A stretch of DNA of 26,704 nucleotides from Candidatus Aminicenantales bacterium. GTDB taxonomy: Bacteria; Acidobacteriota; Aminicenantia; Aminicenantales; UBA4085. Below the pieces are notes generated by a model that saw only the letters and a program-made list of their open reading frames with translations, was not told the origin of the DNA and searched no databases. How positions within the stretch are numbered: the first letter of the stretch is position 1; each line of letters opens with the position of its first letter. This document shows positions 24,174-26,704 of the stretch, one piece after another. Position numbers and translations under genes: made by a program. Location of the stretch: the NCBI GenBank assembly GCA_049515535.1, contig JBEKTZ010000006.1, positions 186,001-212,704 on the forward strand. Direction: 5' to 3'.

Positions 24174-26633
24174 TTAATTCGCGCGGCATCGGTATAATGG
24201 AAATCCGTGGATCTCGGTCACGAACTCGACGCTGTCCTTCTTGATGACGCCCTCGCCGGTCAAAGAGCTGAACAGGTCCTCGGCGGGCGCGCTGTCGAGG
24301 AGGAAATATAGGGCGTATTTTTTTTCGATGAGGAACGCGACCGTTTTCTGGAGCGTCGGCCCGTTCGTCCAATTAAAACGATAGGCGGGAATTCCCGTAT
24401 AGAGACGGAGCGGGCCGCTCAGCTCATCGCAGAAAATGATGGCGTTGGGCGCGACGTTATCCCGCACGCTCAGGCAGGTGGTTTCCTGATGGAAAATTCC
24501 CATGGTGTATCTGTCTTTCGAATAAAACAGGGGATAACCCGCGCAGAACGCGACGATCAGAAATTTGGCGACAAGGGATTTGTCGAATATTTTCGCTATG
24601 GCCATTACGCCGAAAGCATAGAGCATCGCCAGGAACGGATAGGCCGGCACGAGATATCGCTCGTGGCGGATGCTCTGCGCGGCATAGAAGGCGACGAAAG
24701 ATATGACCGCGATGAGACAGGTGAGGCCGATGGCCCGGCGTTTCGGCCGGGCCAGACAGACGCCCAGCCCGACGACCATGAGAGCGGCGCCCAGGATTCC
24801 GAAGACCTGGCCGATGCTCTTAAGGTGATAAACAAGCCCCGGTCCGACATTCTTCCACAGCATCTGGCTTTGGGTTAGGGGCTCATAAACGAGCCGGAAA
24901 ACGGTTCCCAAAAGACGCTGGGTGTACAAGCCCAGGGGAAGAAGGCCGAAAAAAAAGGCCCCGGCGCCGAACGACGCGGCGTTTTTGAACAATTCCATCC
25001 ATCTGCGTTCGGTCCGGAATTTCAACCAGAAAAGATAGGCGAGGGGAAAAGCCCCCATGATGTTCGAATACCGGACGAGAAGCGAGAATCCGAAACAGGC
25101 GCCGGCGATGAATGGCCAAAAGAAACGCCGGGCCTTGATGGCCTTGGCGAGACCAACCGCGCTCAGGGCGAGCAAGGCCATCGACGGCACGTCGCTCATA
25201 AGGAGGACCGTATTTTCAAACACCTGGGTGTTGAACATGACCGCGGCGCTCAGGCATAGGCCGAAGAACATATCCACCCGCTTCGATCCCATATAGAAAA
25301 ACAAGAAGATCAACAGGATATTCAAGAACGGCAGGACCCAGAAAGCCGAGGCCCGGCCGCCCAGCTTGACGAAGGGATAGAGAAGAATCGATACGCCCGG
25401 AGGGAAAACGTTGTAAACGGACCCTTTTTTCAGGTCATAGACATAATGGCCGTGAGGGCTTAAGAGGAATATCCATTTTTCGTCCGGGGGCTTCTCTGCA
25501 AAACTCTGATAAATCTGGGGAATCAGGGGATCGACGTATTCGGTCCGGAGAAACCCGTTCCGGGCCATGAGATCGGCTCCCTGAAGGTAAGCATAGGTGT
25601 CGCATCCCGAGACGGCGACGGATCGATTCGCCAGAACTTGGGCCTGGTAAATCCCCACGAGGACGAGAAAAAGAACGAGCGGCAGAGTGAATAAAACTTT
25701 TTTCGGTATTCGGGAAAGGATCTTCCGTTCGCCGTCCGCGTATCTCGAATAGAAGGGGGCCGCCGCCTTGGTCACCAGCTTTGAGAGCAAATTCAGGAGG
25801 ATGACTCCCGAGATACAAAAGGCCGCCGCGAGAAGGAATTTGACGAAGGGCAAAGCCACGTCCAAAGCGAATACGCCGAGGCTCACCGGCTTGGGATACA
25901 AAGGGAGGCTGGGACTGAGAACCCTGAGCGCTCCCGGACCCGTCCACCGAAAATCAATGGAGCCGTTGCCGCCGCCGTCGAAGTATCGGATGAGGAGGCG
26001 GTGATTTCCGCCGGACAGATCGGTTTCCATTTCCATTGTGCGCAGCGGGTGGATTCCCCCGTTGTCGATCAGTGGCTTGTCGTCGAGAAAGACCCAGGAT
26101 CCATCGTCCGAGCTGACGGTGAACTTGTATTTCGCGTTCCTGGGAACGAAGACGAAGCCTTCCCAGACGATGCTCGACCGGTTGGGATCTTTGACCTTTT
26201 CCACGATCTCGCTTTTCTGAAAACGGATGACGGGATCGAGGGCGTTCCAGACCGGGGTTCCGGTCCAGGTATCATTGGCATAATAACGTCCGCTGAGGCC
26301 TCGCCGGGGCGCAGCTTTTTCGGCCGCCAGGATCAAAAAGGAAAGGCCGATGACGAGCGCGACGAAAAGATAAACTTTTTTTGGCGCGGGCGAGAGAAAC
26401 CGTTCGATCCGGGAACGCACATCCCGCTTCGGCGAAATGGGGTTCAATTCAGGGACTCCGATATTTTTGTCGGCAGGCCGGAGAGGCACTTTCGTCATGT
26501 TATGAGAAAAAACGTCCCGTTTTTCAATGGATTCGAGGCTATAATAAATAAGCCAAAAGAAGCGGAAAGTCAATTTGGTGTACTGGGTCAGGACATGGCG
26601 GACACCTCTTTCGCCTTGTGGGATCGCTTCCAT
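24174..26633 (-). CDS. Membrane protein: PA14 domain fused to a GT-C (ArnT/PMT-like) glycosyltransferase
   Basis: PA14 motifs 'GLSGRYY', 'WEGFVFVP', 'SSDDGSWVFLD', 'DNGGIHP'. Then many TMs with 'SGCDTYAY', 'FPPG', 'MSDVP', 'LVRY', 'ERYLVP'. True start uncertain (possibly 26498). Confidence 0.75.
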   Translation of the reverse strand: MEAIPQGERGVRHVLTQYTKLTFRFFWLIYYSLESIEKRDVFSHNMTKVPLRPADKNIGVPELNPISPKRDVRSRIERFLSPAPKKVYLFVALVIGLSFLILAAEKAAPRRGLSGRYYANDTWTGTPVWNALDPVIRFQKSEIVEKVKDPNRSSIVWEGFVFVPRNAKYKFTVSSDDGSWVFLDDKPLIDNGGIHPLRTMEMETDLSGGNHRLLIRYFDGGGNGSIDFRWTGPGALRVLSPSLPLYPKPVSLGVFALDVALPFVKFLLAAAFCISGVILLNLLSKLVTKAAAPFYSRYADGERKILSRIPKKVLFTLPLVLFLVLVGIYQAQVLANRSVAVSGCDTYAYLQGADLMARNGFLRTEYVDPLIPQIYQSFAEKPPDEKWIFLLSPHGHYVYDLKKGSVYNVFPPGVSILLYPFVKLGGRASAFWVLPFLNILLIFLFFYMGSKRVDMFFGLCLSAAVMFNTQVFENTVLLMSDVPSMALLALSAVGLAKAIKARRFFWPFIAGACFGFSLLVRYSNIMGAFPLAYLFWLKFRTERRWMELFKNAASFGAGAFFFGLLPLGLYTQRLLGTVFRLVYEPLTQSQMLWKNVGPGLVYHLKSIGQVFGILGAALMVVGLGVCLARPKRRAIGLTCLIAVISFVAFYAAQSIRHERYLVPAYPFLAMLYAFGVMAIAKIFDKSLVAKFLIVAFCAGYPLFYSKDRYTMGIFHQETTCLSVRDNVAPNAIIFCDELSGPLRLYTGIPAYRFNWTNGPTLQKTVAFLIEKKYALYFLLDSAPAEDLFSSLTGEGVIKKDSVEFVTEIHGFPLYRCRAN

Positions 26634-26704
26634 TTCTGAAAGTACTCATAGGGCGTCTGGTAGGCTAGCGATTGATGGGGACGAATATAGTTAAACTCAT
26701 ACGC

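Overview
Bacterial chromosomal window, GC-rich, from a diderm organism. Gene content suggests an Acidobacteriota/Aminicenantes-like anaerobe, but this is inference only. Left to right: (1) 3' part of an envelope/lipid A operon (bamA partial, skp, fabZ, lpxA, lpxI, GnnA-like Gfo/Idh/MocA dehydrogenase), with no lpxD, lpxB or gnnB in the usual positions. (2) A convergent pseudogene missed by the ORF track: a signal-peptide start joined out of frame to an M48-peptidase-like C-terminus. It follows a LolA-like exported protein. (3) APC permease and class I/II aminotransferase. (4) A sigma54 activator with a degenerate receiver domain. (5) A 1375-aa exported M14 metallopeptidase-like protein with an internal duplication. 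(6) mscL with a C-terminal Zn-ribbon. (7) trpB2, preceded by a consensus promoter, a near-leaderless Trp-rich leader peptide (…SSWFWWAG…) and alternative RNA structures, i.e. a putative attenuator. (8) A perfect 62-bp inverted copy of an internal mscL segment that brackets the mscL tail and the whole trpB2 unit. (9) A beta-propeller/YYY/PAS hybrid histidine kinase and an OM beta-barrel. (10) efpL/yeiP flanked by 11-bp direct repeats. (11) An msrB-msrA fusion followed by a 64-aa desulforedoxin-like protein. (12) A ~180-bp multi-hairpin REP/MITE-like element. (13) A PA14 + GT-C glycosyltransferase. No rRNA, tRNA, CRISPR array, transposase or integrase was seen.
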